64,000 bases of DNA from a bacterium (GTDB lineage Bacteria > UBA8248 > JACPRG01 > G963555815). The notes under the pieces were generated by a model that made no database searches, was not told where the DNA came from, and saw nothing but the letters and a program-made list of their open reading frames with translations. Positions within the stretch are counted from its first letter, which is position 1. Every line of letters begins with the position of its first letter. Of the stretch, positions 28,586 to 42,155 are shown one piece after another. The position numbers and the translations under genes were made by a program. The DNA lies in assembly GCA_965261595.1 (NCBI GenBank), contig CBDHDG010000006.1:1056001-1120000 (forward strand). The letters are read 5' to 3'.

Positions 28586-29911
28586 TCATTTGAGTTGGGT
28601 GAACCAAAGACGTTTCTGGAAAATTCCTCCGGGAAGATTCATCCCCGCGCTCAATGGGCCTCTCGCCGCGCCCCCCCGGACTTGGGCCAGCAGATCCCGG
28701 ATCCCGGGCAGGATGTCCCGCCGGTATCGGAAAGGTTCGTCCGAAAACAAGACATGGGCGGACGCCCATGAGGTGGAGGAGGAAAGCCGGTTGGGGATCG
28801 CGTACCGCCGGCCCGCCACCGTCCGCTCGCTGAGGTCCGCGCCCCTCTTCGGGAAGATCACGTGCGCCTCGCCCCCGCTGTCCAGCCGCAAGACCAGGAT
28901 GTAAATCGGTTGGACGGTGAGAAAGCTGACCAGGTAGGAATCCGCCGTGGTCAGGACCGTTCCATCCAGCCCCTTGCGCCGCCGACCTCCGGCCTGGATG
29001 ACCTCGTACCAGACACTCAAGGGGTTCCAGGTCCAATCCTGGGGCGCCTTGGGGAGGAGGCTCCGCTTGCGAGCGGGGATTCGGGCGATGATTTCCAAGA
29101 GAGACAGAGCGCTCAGGGGCATCGAGACCCTTGCGCGCGCAATGATCAGGATGCCGCCCGGAAGGGCCGGAACCAGGCGCTTCAGCTCGGCGCTCAGGAT
29201 CACCTTCTTCCGGGTGGTTCGGTAACGGCTATCGAGAACCGTGTCCGCGGCCCCCAGGGTCGCCGCACGGTGACTGGTCTGGTGGGTGTAGGACCGGAAT
29301 CCAAGATCGCCGGGTGTCTTCTCCAAGGCCAAGTCCTGTTCCCATTTGACCATCATGTTCCTGGGAAGGACCGGTAAACGGCTCACCTGGACCAGTCTTC
29401 GGACCAGGAGGTTCTCCAGCCGCTGAGAGAGCAGGGTTCTTTGGCTCTGAGGGTTTAAGACCGCCCCCACGGCCAGCCGACCCAAGGGGGGGAGGATCCG
29501 GCGAAATTTTCCCGGCTTGAACTTCTTCTGTTCGCGCCACAGGGTTTCCACCAGGAGGGAGATCGCCCGGCCGGGGTCCGGGGCCGTCCCGGGGATGTCA
29601 ATCCAGGCTTCCTGTTTGAGGACCGGTTTCGCGGCGCAGGAGGAAAGAAAAATGAGCCCCATGGCCAGGAAAGCCGTTCGGACCCCATCGAGGCCAAACA
29701 CCTTCTTGGTTCGTGTCGGCCCAACGCTTTTCCGCCGAAGGCTCAACCGTCTGTTTCTCCGGCGATCTGTTTGGGTCCGGGTGAGAAGCCGAGGACCGTT
29801 TTCACCGAGCTCCCCGGCGGGAAATAGGGTTCGCGGCCCGTCTCCGCCGCGCGCCCGTCGGCCGAGGGGCGCTGCGACCACGGGAAAATCCCAACTCGAA
29901 AAAGTGCGCAT
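28586..29911 (-). CDS. Putative lipoprotein, DUF4384-like C-terminus (true start probably near 29660-29700)
   Basis: Lipobox-like LIFLSSC; C-terminal YILVL..DS.G....IFP......V.AG..Y.IP. Confidence 0.55.
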   Translation of the reverse strand: MRTFSSWDFPVVAAPLGRRARGGDGPRTLFPAGELGENGPRLLTRTQTDRRRNRRLSLRRKSVGPTRTKKVFGLDGVRTAFLAMGLIFLSSCAAKPVLKQEAWIDIPGTAPDPGRAISLLVETLWREQKKFKPGKFRRILPPLGRLAVGAVLNPQSQRTLLSQRLENLLVRRLVQVSRLPVLPRNMMVKWEQDLALEKTPGDLGFRSYTHQTSHRAATLGAADTVLDSRYRTTRKKVILSAELKRLVPALPGGILIIARARVSMPLSALSLLEIIARIPARKRSLLPKAPQDWTWNPLSVWYEVIQAGGRRRKGLDGTVLTTADSYLVSFLTVQPIYILVLRLDSGGEAHVIFPKRGADLSERTVAGRRYAIPNRLSSSTSWASAHVLFSDEPFRYRRDILPGIRDLLAQVRGGAARGPLSAGMNLPGGIFQKRLWFTQLK

Positions 29912-30055
29912 CCGTGATTTCCCGTGTGAAGATGTCCTTGACTGAGCTTGGCAAACTCTTTAAATTCGAGTGCGGGCCGAGGTTCAAGCGTCGTTGCTTT
30001 TCCCAGCGAAACCCGAGGGCCTCCGCAAGGGAGGCTCCGATCATCATAACATTCC

Positions 30056-30721
30056 GTGTCCTCAATTCCGGAACTCGAGGGCCTCTATCGGGAGGTTCCA
30101 GCCATCAATACCGAAGGCATCGTCAAAATCTATTCCCGGTATTCGTGTTTCTACGACCTGCTGTTCAAGAACATATTCTCTGAAGGGCGGGAAGTCGCCA
30201 TCGAGCTTCTCGCCATTCGTCCGGATGAGCGGGTCTTGGACGTGGGCGCGGGTACGGGGCTATCATTGCCCCTCTTTCCGAGTTGGTGCCAAGTGGCCGC
30301 CATGGATATTTCCGAGAAGATGCTGGCCCAGGCCGCCAAGAAGATCCAAAAATTCGGATTGAGCAACGTGGGCATCGTGGCGGAGGACGCGAGCGCCATG
30401 AGTTTCCCCGACGACAGCTTCGATTGCGTCTCAGCCGCCTATGTGGCCAGCGTGGTGCCGGATCCCAACCAGTGCGTTCAGGAGATCAAGCGCGTCTGCC
30501 GACCCGGGGGCCGGATTGTCTTCCTCAATCACTTCAAGAGCCAAAATCCGCTTTTGGCCCGTCTGGAAGAGCTGTCCAACGGCCTGTGGAACAAGATGGG
30601 CTGGAACTCCAACCTGGACCTTTGGACCTTGATGGAAGAGAACGACCTCAGGATTCAAAGCGTGGAGCGGGTCAACCTCTTCGGGTACTGGAAAAGCGTC
30701 CTCTGCATCAACGAAAAGTAG
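30056..30721 (+). CDS. Class I SAM-dependent methyltransferase (PmtA-like phospholipid N-methyltransferase)
   Basis: VLDVGAGTGLSL, FPDDSFD.V.A.YV.SVVPDP and RVCRPGG.I..LNHF motifs. Confidence 0.82.
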   Translation: MSSIPELEGLYREVPAINTEGIVKIYSRYSCFYDLLFKNIFSEGREVAIELLAIRPDERVLDVGAGTGLSLPLFPSWCQVAAMDISEKMLAQAAKKIQKFGLSNVGIVAEDASAMSFPDDSFDCVSAAYVASVVPDPNQCVQEIKRVCRPGGRIVFLNHFKSQNPLLARLEELSNGLWNKMGWNSNLDLWTLMEENDLRIQSVERVNLFGYWKSVLCINEK

Positions 30722-30786
30722 CCGCTCCCTCCCCGGCGGGAGATCCACCCGCAACCGCCCGCCTGCCCGCCTTCTGAGGTCGGGCC

Positions 30787-31734
30787 ATGCCCCCGCGCCA
30801 CCTTCTCATCGATTGCGACCCCGGCGTAGACGACGCCCTGGCGTTGATCCTGGCCTTCGCCGGCGCCGACGTACGGGCGGCGGCCGTGACCACCGTGGCC
30901 GGAAATGCTCCTGTCCACATTTGCACCCGAAACGCCCTGCGGGTCCTGGCGATCGCGTGTCCGAAGGACGCGCCTCCGGTCCATCAGGGCGCCGCCGGAC
31001 CCCTCAGCGGGATCGAGCGGGAGCGCGCCCTTCACGTCCACGGAGAGGATGGGCTGGGCAACCTGGATCCCCGCCGTTACCCCGATCCTTCCGCCGCCGC
31101 GGTCCCTCCGCCGGCGCCCGAGGCCATCGTACATTGGGCGCGCCGGCGCCCGGGCGAAGTCACGCTGGTGGCCACCGGGCCCCTGACGAATGTCGCGGCC
31201 GCCGTCCGTTCGGACCCGGAGGGGATGCGGAAGCTGCGGGAAATCATCGTCATGGGCGGCGCCGTTCGGGTTCCGGGAAACGTCACGCCCCACGCCGAGT
31301 TCAATATCTGGTCGGATCCGGAGGCGCTGGAGGTCCTGCTCGCCGAAGGCATTCCGCTGGTGCTCGTTCCCCTGGACGTGACGCACCAGGTCGTTTTGAC
31401 AAGCCGCCACCTGGACCGCCTGGGGGGGGGCGATCCCCGCACCCGTCTCATCCACGATTGCACCCGCGGATACCTGGAGCTCCATCGGGCGTCCCGGGGT
31501 CTCGACGGTTGTTACCTTCACGACCCTTTGGCCCTGGGGGTCGCGCTGGACCCGTCCTTTGTCCAAATGGAAGAGCTTGAGCTTCAGGTGGTCACCGGGG
31601 ACGCCGAAGACCGGGGGAAAACGCTGGAGGCCGCACCCGGCAGGTCCGGACGCCCCCGCGGCCGGGTCCGCGTCTGCACCGCCGTGGACGCGGAGAGGTT
31701 TATCGAATTCTTCCTCTCCCGGATCGGGGGCTGA
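30787..31734 (+). CDS. Nucleoside hydrolase (IunH/Rih family)
   Basis: DCDPGVDDA, HG.DGLG, TGPLTN, MGG...GN.TP.AEFN...DP and LHDP motifs. Confidence 0.92.
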   Translation: MPPRHLLIDCDPGVDDALALILAFAGADVRAAAVTTVAGNAPVHICTRNALRVLAIACPKDAPPVHQGAAGPLSGIERERALHVHGEDGLGNLDPRRYPDPSAAAVPPPAPEAIVHWARRRPGEVTLVATGPLTNVAAAVRSDPEGMRKLREIIVMGGAVRVPGNVTPHAEFNIWSDPEALEVLLAEGIPLVLVPLDVTHQVVLTSRHLDRLGGGDPRTRLIHDCTRGYLELHRASRGLDGCYLHDPLALGVALDPSFVQMEELELQVVTGDAEDRGKTLEAAPGRSGRPRGRVRVCTAVDAERFIEFFLSRIGG

Positions 31735-31756
31735 AGACGCTCATCGGGATCAGCGA

Positions 31757-32710
31757 ATGCATTCCCTACGCATCAACCGGTCTCCGGAAATCGTTATCGT
31801 CGGGAGCGCCAACGAAGACCTGGTCGTCCGCGCCGCCCGATTGCCGCGGCCGGGTGAAACCGTTCTGGGGGGCGGCCTGCGGGAATTCTTCGGCGGTAAA
31901 GGGGCCAACCAGGCCATCGCCGCGCACCGGGCCGGCGGCGGGTTGGGCGTGGCGTTTGTGGGAATGCTTGGGTCGGACGGTCGGGGGGACAAGTACGCCG
32001 ACTACCTCGAAGCCGAAGGTCTGGATGTGTCGATGCTGGGGCGTGCGAAAGATTCGCCGACGGGCGTTGCGCTGATTGTGGTCGGCCCGGACGGCGAGAA
32101 CCTCATCACGGTCGCCCCCGGAGCGAACGCACACCTCTCGCCCGCGGACATCGAAAAGGCGAAGGATGCGATCCGGGGCGCGCGCGTCGTCCTGGCCCAG
32201 CTCGAAGTTCCGCTGGAAACCGTCGAGGCCGCTTTCCGGATCGCCGCGCGCGCGGGCGTCCGGACGCTGTTGAACCCCGCCCCCGCTCCCGAGAAGCTTC
32301 CCAAGGGCCTGCTTGCCCGGACGGACGTGATCATCCCCAACCGGAGCGAAGCCGAGGCGCTTACGGGGGTTGCGATCCCTTCGGTCGAGGCCGCCGGGGC
32401 CGCCTGCGCCGCCCTGCGGGACGCGGGCGCGGGAAGCGTCGTGACGACGTTGGGGGAAGAGGGGGCCGTGTTCTCCGGGCCGGAGGGCGGCGGCCATCTC
32501 CGTCCGCCCGGTGTCGACGCCGCCGACACAACGGGTGCGGGCGACGCCTTCTGCGGGGCCCTGGCCGCCCGTTTGGCCGAAGGATGGTCTCTGTCCGACG
32601 CGGTCCGGTTCGCTTGCGCGGCCGGGGCGCTTGCCTGCACGGTCCGGGGCGCGCAACCTTCTCTTCCGGCCGGAGACCGGATCGAGTCTCTCGCCGCGCG
32701 AATGGGGTGA
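31757..32710 (+). CDS. rbsK: Ribokinase
   Basis: GGKGANQA, GEN.I....GAN, QLE, LNPAPA and DTTGAGDAF motifs. Confidence 0.9.
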   Translation: MHSLRINRSPEIVIVGSANEDLVVRAARLPRPGETVLGGGLREFFGGKGANQAIAAHRAGGGLGVAFVGMLGSDGRGDKYADYLEAEGLDVSMLGRAKDSPTGVALIVVGPDGENLITVAPGANAHLSPADIEKAKDAIRGARVVLAQLEVPLETVEAAFRIAARAGVRTLLNPAPAPEKLPKGLLARTDVIIPNRSEAEALTGVAIPSVEAAGAACAALRDAGAGSVVTTLGEEGAVFSGPEGGGHLRPPGVDAADTTGAGDAFCGALAARLAEGWSLSDAVRFACAAGALACTVRGAQPSLPAGDRIESLAARMG

Positions 32711-32875
32711 GCGGACCGGGGGGATTCGGCCCCGGCTTTTCCGTGAAAATCCGTCAATCTTGCGGGGTTCGGGGCCAGGTGCTACGATCTCAACTGTTTG
32801 GCCATTGCGCGTGCCGCCGCGCCTTTGGGGTGAGCGGACCGGCCGGAAGAACGGCAAATCGGGGGGGTCCCATCC

Positions 32876-33892
<1,017 letters not shown>

Positions 33893-33906
33893 GAGGTTCA
33901 CCCCCG

Positions 33907-34893
33907 ATGCCGAGCGACGCCCCCAAAAACGAGTTGCTGCTTGAAGTCGAGAATCTGAAGAAGTACTTCCCCGTCCGGGGCGGAATTTTCGGGAAGACCA
34001 CGGCCCACGTCAAAGCGGTGGACGGGGTGAGCTTCACCCTCCGGAAGGGGGAGACCCTGGGCCTCGTCGGAGAGAGCGGCTCGGGCAAGTCCACCACGGG
34101 ACGCGCCATCCTGCGTCTCATCGAGCCGTCCGGGGGCCGGGTCCGATTCGACGGCCAAGACGTGCTCACCCTGGGCAAGAAAGAGCTCCGCGCCCTCCGC
34201 CGCCGGATGCAGATCATCTTTCAGGACCCCTACGCCTCCCTGAACCCCCGGATGACGGTTGGAAGCATCGTGGGCGAGCCGTTCGCGATCCACAAGATCG
34301 CCTCCGGTGAGGAGCGGGCGCACCGGGTGGAGGCTCTGCTCATGCGGGTCGGGCTTTCGGCGGACCAGATGCGCCGCTACCCCCACGAGTTCAGCGGGGG
34401 CCAGCGGCAGCGGATCGGCGTCGCCCGCGCCCTGGCGCTCAACCCGGAGTTCATCATCGGCGATGAGCCGGTCTCGGCGCTCGACGTGTCGGTCCAGGCG
34501 CAGGTGATCAACCTTCTCGAAGACCTTCAGAAAGAATTCGGTCTCAGTTACCTCATCATCGCCCACGACCTGAGCGTCGTTCGGCACATCAGCCACCGCA
34601 TCGCGGTGATGTACCTGGGGAAGATCGTCGAGATTGCCGACAACGAGGCGCTCTACGGCGATCCGCTGCACCCCTACACGGAAGCCCTCCTGTCGGCGGC
34701 GCCCGTCCCGGACCCGAGGCGGAAGCGGAAGCGGATCGTCCTGAAGGGAGACATCCCCAGCCCCATCAATCCCCCGTCCGGCTGCGTCTTCCACACTCGC
34801 TGCCCCATCGCCGAGGATCGCTGCAAGACGGAGCTCCCCGAGCTGCGCACCCTCCCCGACGGCCGGATGCTCGCCTGCCATTTGAGGGGTTGA
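33907..34893 (+). CDS. Oligopeptide/dipeptide ABC transporter ATP-binding protein (OppF/DppF-like)
   Basis: [21 protein letters not shown] and [16 protein letters not shown] motifs. Confidence 0.92.
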   Translation: MPSDAPKNELLLEVENLKKYFPVRGGIFGKTTAHVKAVDGVSFTLRKGETLGLVGESGSGKSTTGRAILRLIEPSGGRVRFDGQDVLTLGKKELRALRRRMQIIFQDPYASLNPRMTVGSIVGEPFAIHKIASGEERAHRVEALLMRVGLSADQMRRYPHEFSGGQRQRIGVARALALNPEFIIGDEPVSALDVSVQAQVINLLEDLQKEFGLSYLIIAHDLSVVRHISHRIAVMYLGKIVEIADNEALYGDPLHPYTEALLSAAPVPDPRRKRKRIVLKGDIPSPINPPSGCVFHTRCPIAEDRCKTELPELRTLPDGRMLACHLRG

Positions 34894-35019
34894 AATCATC
34901 GGGGGGATGCTTTGAAAACGGTCCCCACAGGGGCCGTCTTTGTCTCGCAGATCACAATTCCGAAAAAGTGAACAGTTTCCGACGCCTATTCTTAATCGAG
35001 AAAAATAGCTGAATTACGG

Positions 35020-35691
35020 TTAAAGCAGATGTCCGCTCCCTCGAAGAACCATACGGAAGGCGGTTTCGATGTCTTTTAGAAATCGGGGAAATTTCTCCGG
35101 GCATTGGGATTTGATTTCCTGGAGGTGTATTCGTTCGTCCCAGATTTCCGCAAATTCCCGCGCCAAATCTTGGTTGCCCTCACCATAAGACCGGTCGCAC
35201 TCATCGGAGAGTTTCGTAAGTTCGTCGAGTGTCTTCTTAGGTTGTTCATCTCGTTCCGCACTATACTTCCTCCGAGCATAAGCGCTCTCGGAAGGGGCCT
35301 CAGGGAAACCAAGCCAACCCAAAGTATTCGTACGATCTCCGAGCCACCAGGCTTCTATCTCCTTTTTGCAGATCCCGAGGACAAATCGATCATCACCTCT
35401 GATCAACTTTTTAACTCTCGTTTGGACTTTCGCCGTTCGTTGATCAAGAAGAATAACCACGAATGAATATGGGAACTCCGATGATCCTCGTAACACTCGA
35501 ACAAATCTCTCAAGTGCTTTTTGTACACCGCCATGACCGCGAATGGGCATATGTAAAAAATCCGCCCGATCCTCCGGGTCGATTGGCCAGGTAATATTGT
35601 TTCTGTCCCGGGCGATTCCACTCAAAATTGGCCCGATGAGCTCTTGGTCGATAGGTCCTTCGGCGATAATGCCAACACGGGTGCTCCTCAC
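35020..35691 (-). CDS. DUF4276/RloB-like TOPRIM-type hypothetical protein
   Basis: IIAEGPID, VILLD and EIEAWWLGD motifs. Start overlaps the ATPase stop (GTGA); region is AT-rich. Confidence 0.6.
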   Translation of the reverse strand: MRSTRVGIIAEGPIDQELIGPILSGIARDRNNITWPIDPEDRADFLHMPIRGHGGVQKALERFVRVLRGSSEFPYSFVVILLDQRTAKVQTRVKKLIRGDDRFVLGICKKEIEAWWLGDRTNTLGWLGFPEAPSESAYARRKYSAERDEQPKKTLDELTKLSDECDRSYGEGNQDLAREFAEIWDERIHLQEIKSQCPEKFPRFLKDIETAFRMVLRGSGHLL

Positions 35692-36923
35692 TTCCCCCTT
35701 GCCGTGGCGCCCAAGAGACCCGAGACCCAGGCTTCTCCCAATGAGTGTTCGAATGTATCTCGAACGATTGATAAATCTTTTTTCTCCGAAAGACGCGTTA
35801 TGTTTGTACCTTCTTGGGGCCTTCCACGTTCCACAAGAAATACCTGCTCCGGATGATCATAAAATTCATCAAGAACGTAAGGGCTGTGAGTTGTGAAAAA
35901 CACCTGACAATCGTTTGGTGGCTTCCGTTGCGTCAGCTCACGGAGAATCTGCACGACTTCTCGAATCAGTTGAGGATGTACACCATTTTCGGGTTCTTCA
36001 AAAGTAATCACACTGGGCAAACGCTCGACATAAAGCAACGATGTGACAGCAAGCAACCGAAGAACACCGTCACTCACTTGCCGGCTATTAAAGGACACAT
36101 CTCGACCATTTTGTTCATGAATACGGATGGATTGCGAACCCCGATCTCCACCTCCCTCTATGCTGATCGAAGACACGGTTGGAAAGAGCTTCTTAATCCG
36201 TCTAAGTAGGCGGTTAAAACCTTTTGGGTTTTTGCGGCGCAATGCATTAAGAATTGGAGCCAAGTGTTCGCCGGAAGGCCCTAACATCGTGTGACGTCCT
36301 CGATCCGGGTTACGAAGGATTTTCGGGTCCCAGAACTGGAAGGAACGAAAATTCTCGACCCACTCCTTAAACCTCAAGAGTTCCGGATAGGCCTCACGAT
36401 TTTTTCAATCACTTGGGTCTAGACGACTGATGGCGCTGGATGGAAGACTCAGACCCGGCAAGAGTTCTTTTTCTTTTGAATGGCGATTTTCGAGTAAAAT
36501 TCGACGCCCCTTTCGATTGAGAAGAACTTCATGCGTGTCCGTCCCTTCGGCTAAATAACCCAAGAACTCACTACCAATTGAAAGATATCTTTTCGATGAA
36601 AGAGTCACATGGTAAATATATTGTCCCGCGGCATTGCCATTCTCGTCAGGCGAAAGCGCCGCAACGATAGTCCAGCGAATGACCTTGTTCCTCTCCCGTA
36701 AATTTGGAAGGTCTCTAGAGTTCCAACCGCGCTCCTGTAAATAAACCTCAACGGAGCTCATGAAGAATGCTCTTAGAAAATCAATTGCCTGTAGAACGGC
36801 GGATTTACCGCTGCCATTGGGTCCGACCAGGACATTCAACCTGTCGAACTCCAACGTTTGATCATCGGACTTTGGTATCTGACGCAAGCTCTTAAAGTTC
36901 TTAATTCCTCGCGTCTGAATCAC
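35688..36923 (-). pseudogene. AAA_21/SMC-like ABC ATPase interrupted by an in-frame TGA (36405-36407)
   Basis: IKNFKS and Walker A GPNGSGKS in the 5' ORF; VSDG, ITFEEPENGVHP and TTHSP in the 3' ORF. Both ORFs are in the same frame. Confidence 0.8.
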
Positions 36924-37032
36924 CGTGATTGCCTTCTATGGGTTTGTGTGCTTCGCCGTACATCAGGGGCGGCTCAATCGCTTGATTATCACGAAATCCC
37001 TGGAAAAAGACAATAACCAAAATGAATTCGGT

Positions 37033-37836
37033 CTAGAATCTCAACAGAATACGAGCCGTCTGATACATCGCGAAACATTCCAGGGCGAAGGGGGGGAAGC
37101 CGAGGAAACCGACGATCGGCATCTCGAAGACCTTCACGTCGGAGAGGATCGGGACGGTGTAATACCATTTGGCCGTCGCCCAGAAGTTCCAGAACTCCCA
37201 CAGGAACCCGCAGATCAGTCCGCCTACGAAAAGCGCCGCCATGCGCTCGTAATCGCCCTCGGCGAAATCCCGGAACAGGCTGTCCGGCGCGTAGACCAGA
37301 TTGATCGGCCCGAGGAAGAAGACCGTCCCCATCCAAACGAGCGGCCAGAGATACCCGGACGGGTAAACCAACGGAACCGCCAGACAGATGAAACCAAGCG
37401 TGAAGAGGGCGCGCAGGGCCGCCGGCGACCAGGGCCGCGCCTTTCCCCGGTAGCGCCGGAACCACCGAAACGCCAGCAACAGGTCCGCCGTCACGAAGAG
37501 GCCGGGGAAAATCGTGCCGAACGCCCAGAAGTAACCGAATCCCCGCACCCAGAGATTCTCCGGCAGGCCGATGTAGTGCCAGCCCTGCATCCCGTGATTG
37601 TACAGCTCGTAAATGAGCCACGAGATGACCGAGATGGGAATCAGAAGACAGAATTCGCTTCTGCGCGTCGTCAGCCAGGAGATCCCTTTGAGCCGGAAGA
37701 CAACGGCGTCGGCCAGAAGGATGTATCCCGTCCAAGCCACGGGTGTCATGTTGGCGGCGATCACGGGATCGCCCGCGAACAGAAAGGCCTCGGCCGAAGC
37801 GAGGATGGCGAGGCCGATCCAACCGTAAAGCCTCAA
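37033..37836 (-). CDS. Integral membrane hypothetical protein
   Basis: Multiple TM segments; G..WEFWN.W...KW.Y and FEMP..GFLGFPPFALEC motifs. Confidence 0.75.
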   Translation of the reverse strand: MRLYGWIGLAILASAEAFLFAGDPVIAANMTPVAWTGYILLADAVVFRLKGISWLTTRRSEFCLLIPISVISWLIYELYNHGMQGWHYIGLPENLWVRGFGYFWAFGTIFPGLFVTADLLLAFRWFRRYRGKARPWSPAALRALFTLGFICLAVPLVYPSGYLWPLVWMGTVFFLGPINLVYAPDSLFRDFAEGDYERMAALFVGGLICGFLWEFWNFWATAKWYYTVPILSDVKVFEMPIVGFLGFPPFALECFAMYQTARILLRF

Positions 37837-37862
37837 TTCATTTTCCTTGGATGATCAGGTCT

Positions 37863-38147
37863 TCACAGGCAGGGAATCGGGAACAGACGGTCTACGTCGT
37901 CATGGGTTTTGAGCCCGACGGCTTCCCGCTGAACAATCAGGTTATACCGGCAGCGGTGCGCCCGCTTCACCGCGCGGCCGTAATCCCCGGATTGAAGAAG
38001 CGTTTCCCGGGCCCCCGTCCACGCGGACTCCAACGCCCGAAGCCGCTCGACAGAGGCGCGCAGCTTCCTTCCCGTTCGGCCGAGCGCCGCGGCCTTCTCC
38101 CGCTCAATCTCGATCTCGACGGCGAGGGGCTTGTCGATTACGTCCAC
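37863..38147 (-). CDS. Small hypothetical protein (DUF6665-like)
   Basis: EKAAALGRTGRKL...LIVQREAVGL..H; GGAG RBS. Confidence 0.65.
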   Translation of the reverse strand: MDVIDKPLAVEIEIEREKAAALGRTGRKLRASVERLRALESAWTGARETLLQSGDYGRAVKRAHRCRYNLIVQREAVGLKTHDDVDRLFPIPCL

Positions 38148-38180
38148 GGATGAAAACTCCCTTCAGGAAGGCCCCCGCGC

Positions 38181-38753
38181 TCAAACCAGCTCGATGATCT
38201 CTTCGCAATACGGGGCGTGCGGCCGAATGGCCCGGTAGTTACGCCGGAACCGCAGGCCCGGGTGGATCTTTCGGAGGAGATCGTTCACCGGCCGCTCGTA
38301 GATGGTCTTGCAGACATACCGGGTGTCCAGCCCCAGGTCGGCGCACGCGTGGTGGACCGGGGAAAAGTTGTAGGACCGGATGACCAGCTTGCGGTCCGAG
38401 CGCTCGACGATGGGGACCTCTTGGGGGTCCAGGCCCAGGTACTCGATGTAAAAGATCCGGTAGGCCCGGTCCAGGATCGGGAGCCGAGCCACATCCTGAT
38501 CGGCCAGCCTCTCCCGGTTGGCCTCCCACCACCGGAGCCGCTTTCGCGACACCTCGTCCTCCCGCTCTGCAAAAGCCGCCGCCCCTTCCCCGGCCAGACG
38601 CGAGAGCCGGTCGATCTCTTTCCGGATCTCGCGCCCCTCCGACCCGGAACGGCCCGCTTCATCGCCTGCTTGCTGGAGGATTTCGCGACATGGCCAACAT
38701 CCCTTCGCCCGGACCCGATCTGGCCGCTTGCGGAGTTCGGGGCCGGCGTCCAT
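38181..38753 (-). CDS. Hypothetical Cys-containing protein
   Basis: AC..LGLDTRYVC...RF.RNY..IRP....CEE motif; GGAGGG-like spacing after alaS. Confidence 0.65.
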   Translation of the reverse strand: MDAGPELRKRPDRVRAKGCWPCREILQQAGDEAGRSGSEGREIRKEIDRLSRLAGEGAAAFAEREDEVSRKRLRWWEANRERLADQDVARLPILDRAYRIFYIEYLGLDPQEVPIVERSDRKLVIRSYNFSPVHHACADLGLDTRYVCKTIYERPVNDLLRKIHPGLRFRRNYRAIRPHAPYCEEIIELV

Positions 38754-38771
38754 TTCGCCGGAGGGGAGGGT

Positions 38772-41444
<2,673 letters not shown>

Positions 41445-41692
41445 TTTGCACCTCTACGGGATTCGTTTCCGCACCGATCTCATTGCGCTCCACATCTTCT
41501 CCAAGATAGGGCACATATCGGGCGTAGACAAGAAGAAGCGGGCGGAGGGGTTTCGTGCCGCTCCGGGCGGGCGCCGATACGGCGTCCGCCGCTCGGGATG
41601 GTTAGCGGGGTCTTCCCTCGGAGATGAGAGGAAGGGGGGGGACTTCGATGGGGGGGAGGAAATCGAGGACGGGAGGACGTCCCGCCCCATCA

Positions 41693-42138
41693 TTAAGCCT
41701 CGCCGTTGATTTTGGGCGTTTCCACCAGGGAAAAAAAACGGGCGAGGGCCTGGACCATCTCGACGAGCTTGCGGTATTCAACCGGCTTGACGAGATAATT
41801 GTTGCAACCCAGCTTGTAACAAAGGTCGATTTCCTTCGGGTCATCGGTCGTCGTCAGCATCGTCACCGGCAGCTTTTTGAGCTCCTCCTTTTTCTTGATT
41901 TCCTGGAGGGTTTCGATACCGCTCATCCCGGGAAGGCCGATGTCCAATAACATCTGGTATGAGCCCCCCGGCTCGCGATTGATCCCCTCCGTGTTCCGAA
42001 GGAGAAACGCCAGGCCTCTTCGCCATCCTCGAAAGACCGGATTTCGTTTTCCATTCCGGCGCGTCTCAGGTTGCGCTCGATCAAATCCCGGTGCGCCGGG
42101 TCATCTTCCACAATCAGGATCACACTGTCAGTCTTCAC
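41693..42138 (-). pseudogene. Single-domain response regulator with a frameshift near 42013
   Basis: ILIVEDD...DGEEA in one frame; LLDIGLPGMSG...MLTT...Y.LG.N.Y.VKP in another. Confidence 0.8.
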
Positions 42139-42155
42139 TTGCACCTCCCTCACAT

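Noticed and set aside
36405..36407. In-frame TGA in the AAA ATPase as selenocysteine
   Set aside because: It lies in a linker-like stretch with no Cys-type motif and no convincing downstream hairpin; a nonsense mutation or sequencing error is more likely.
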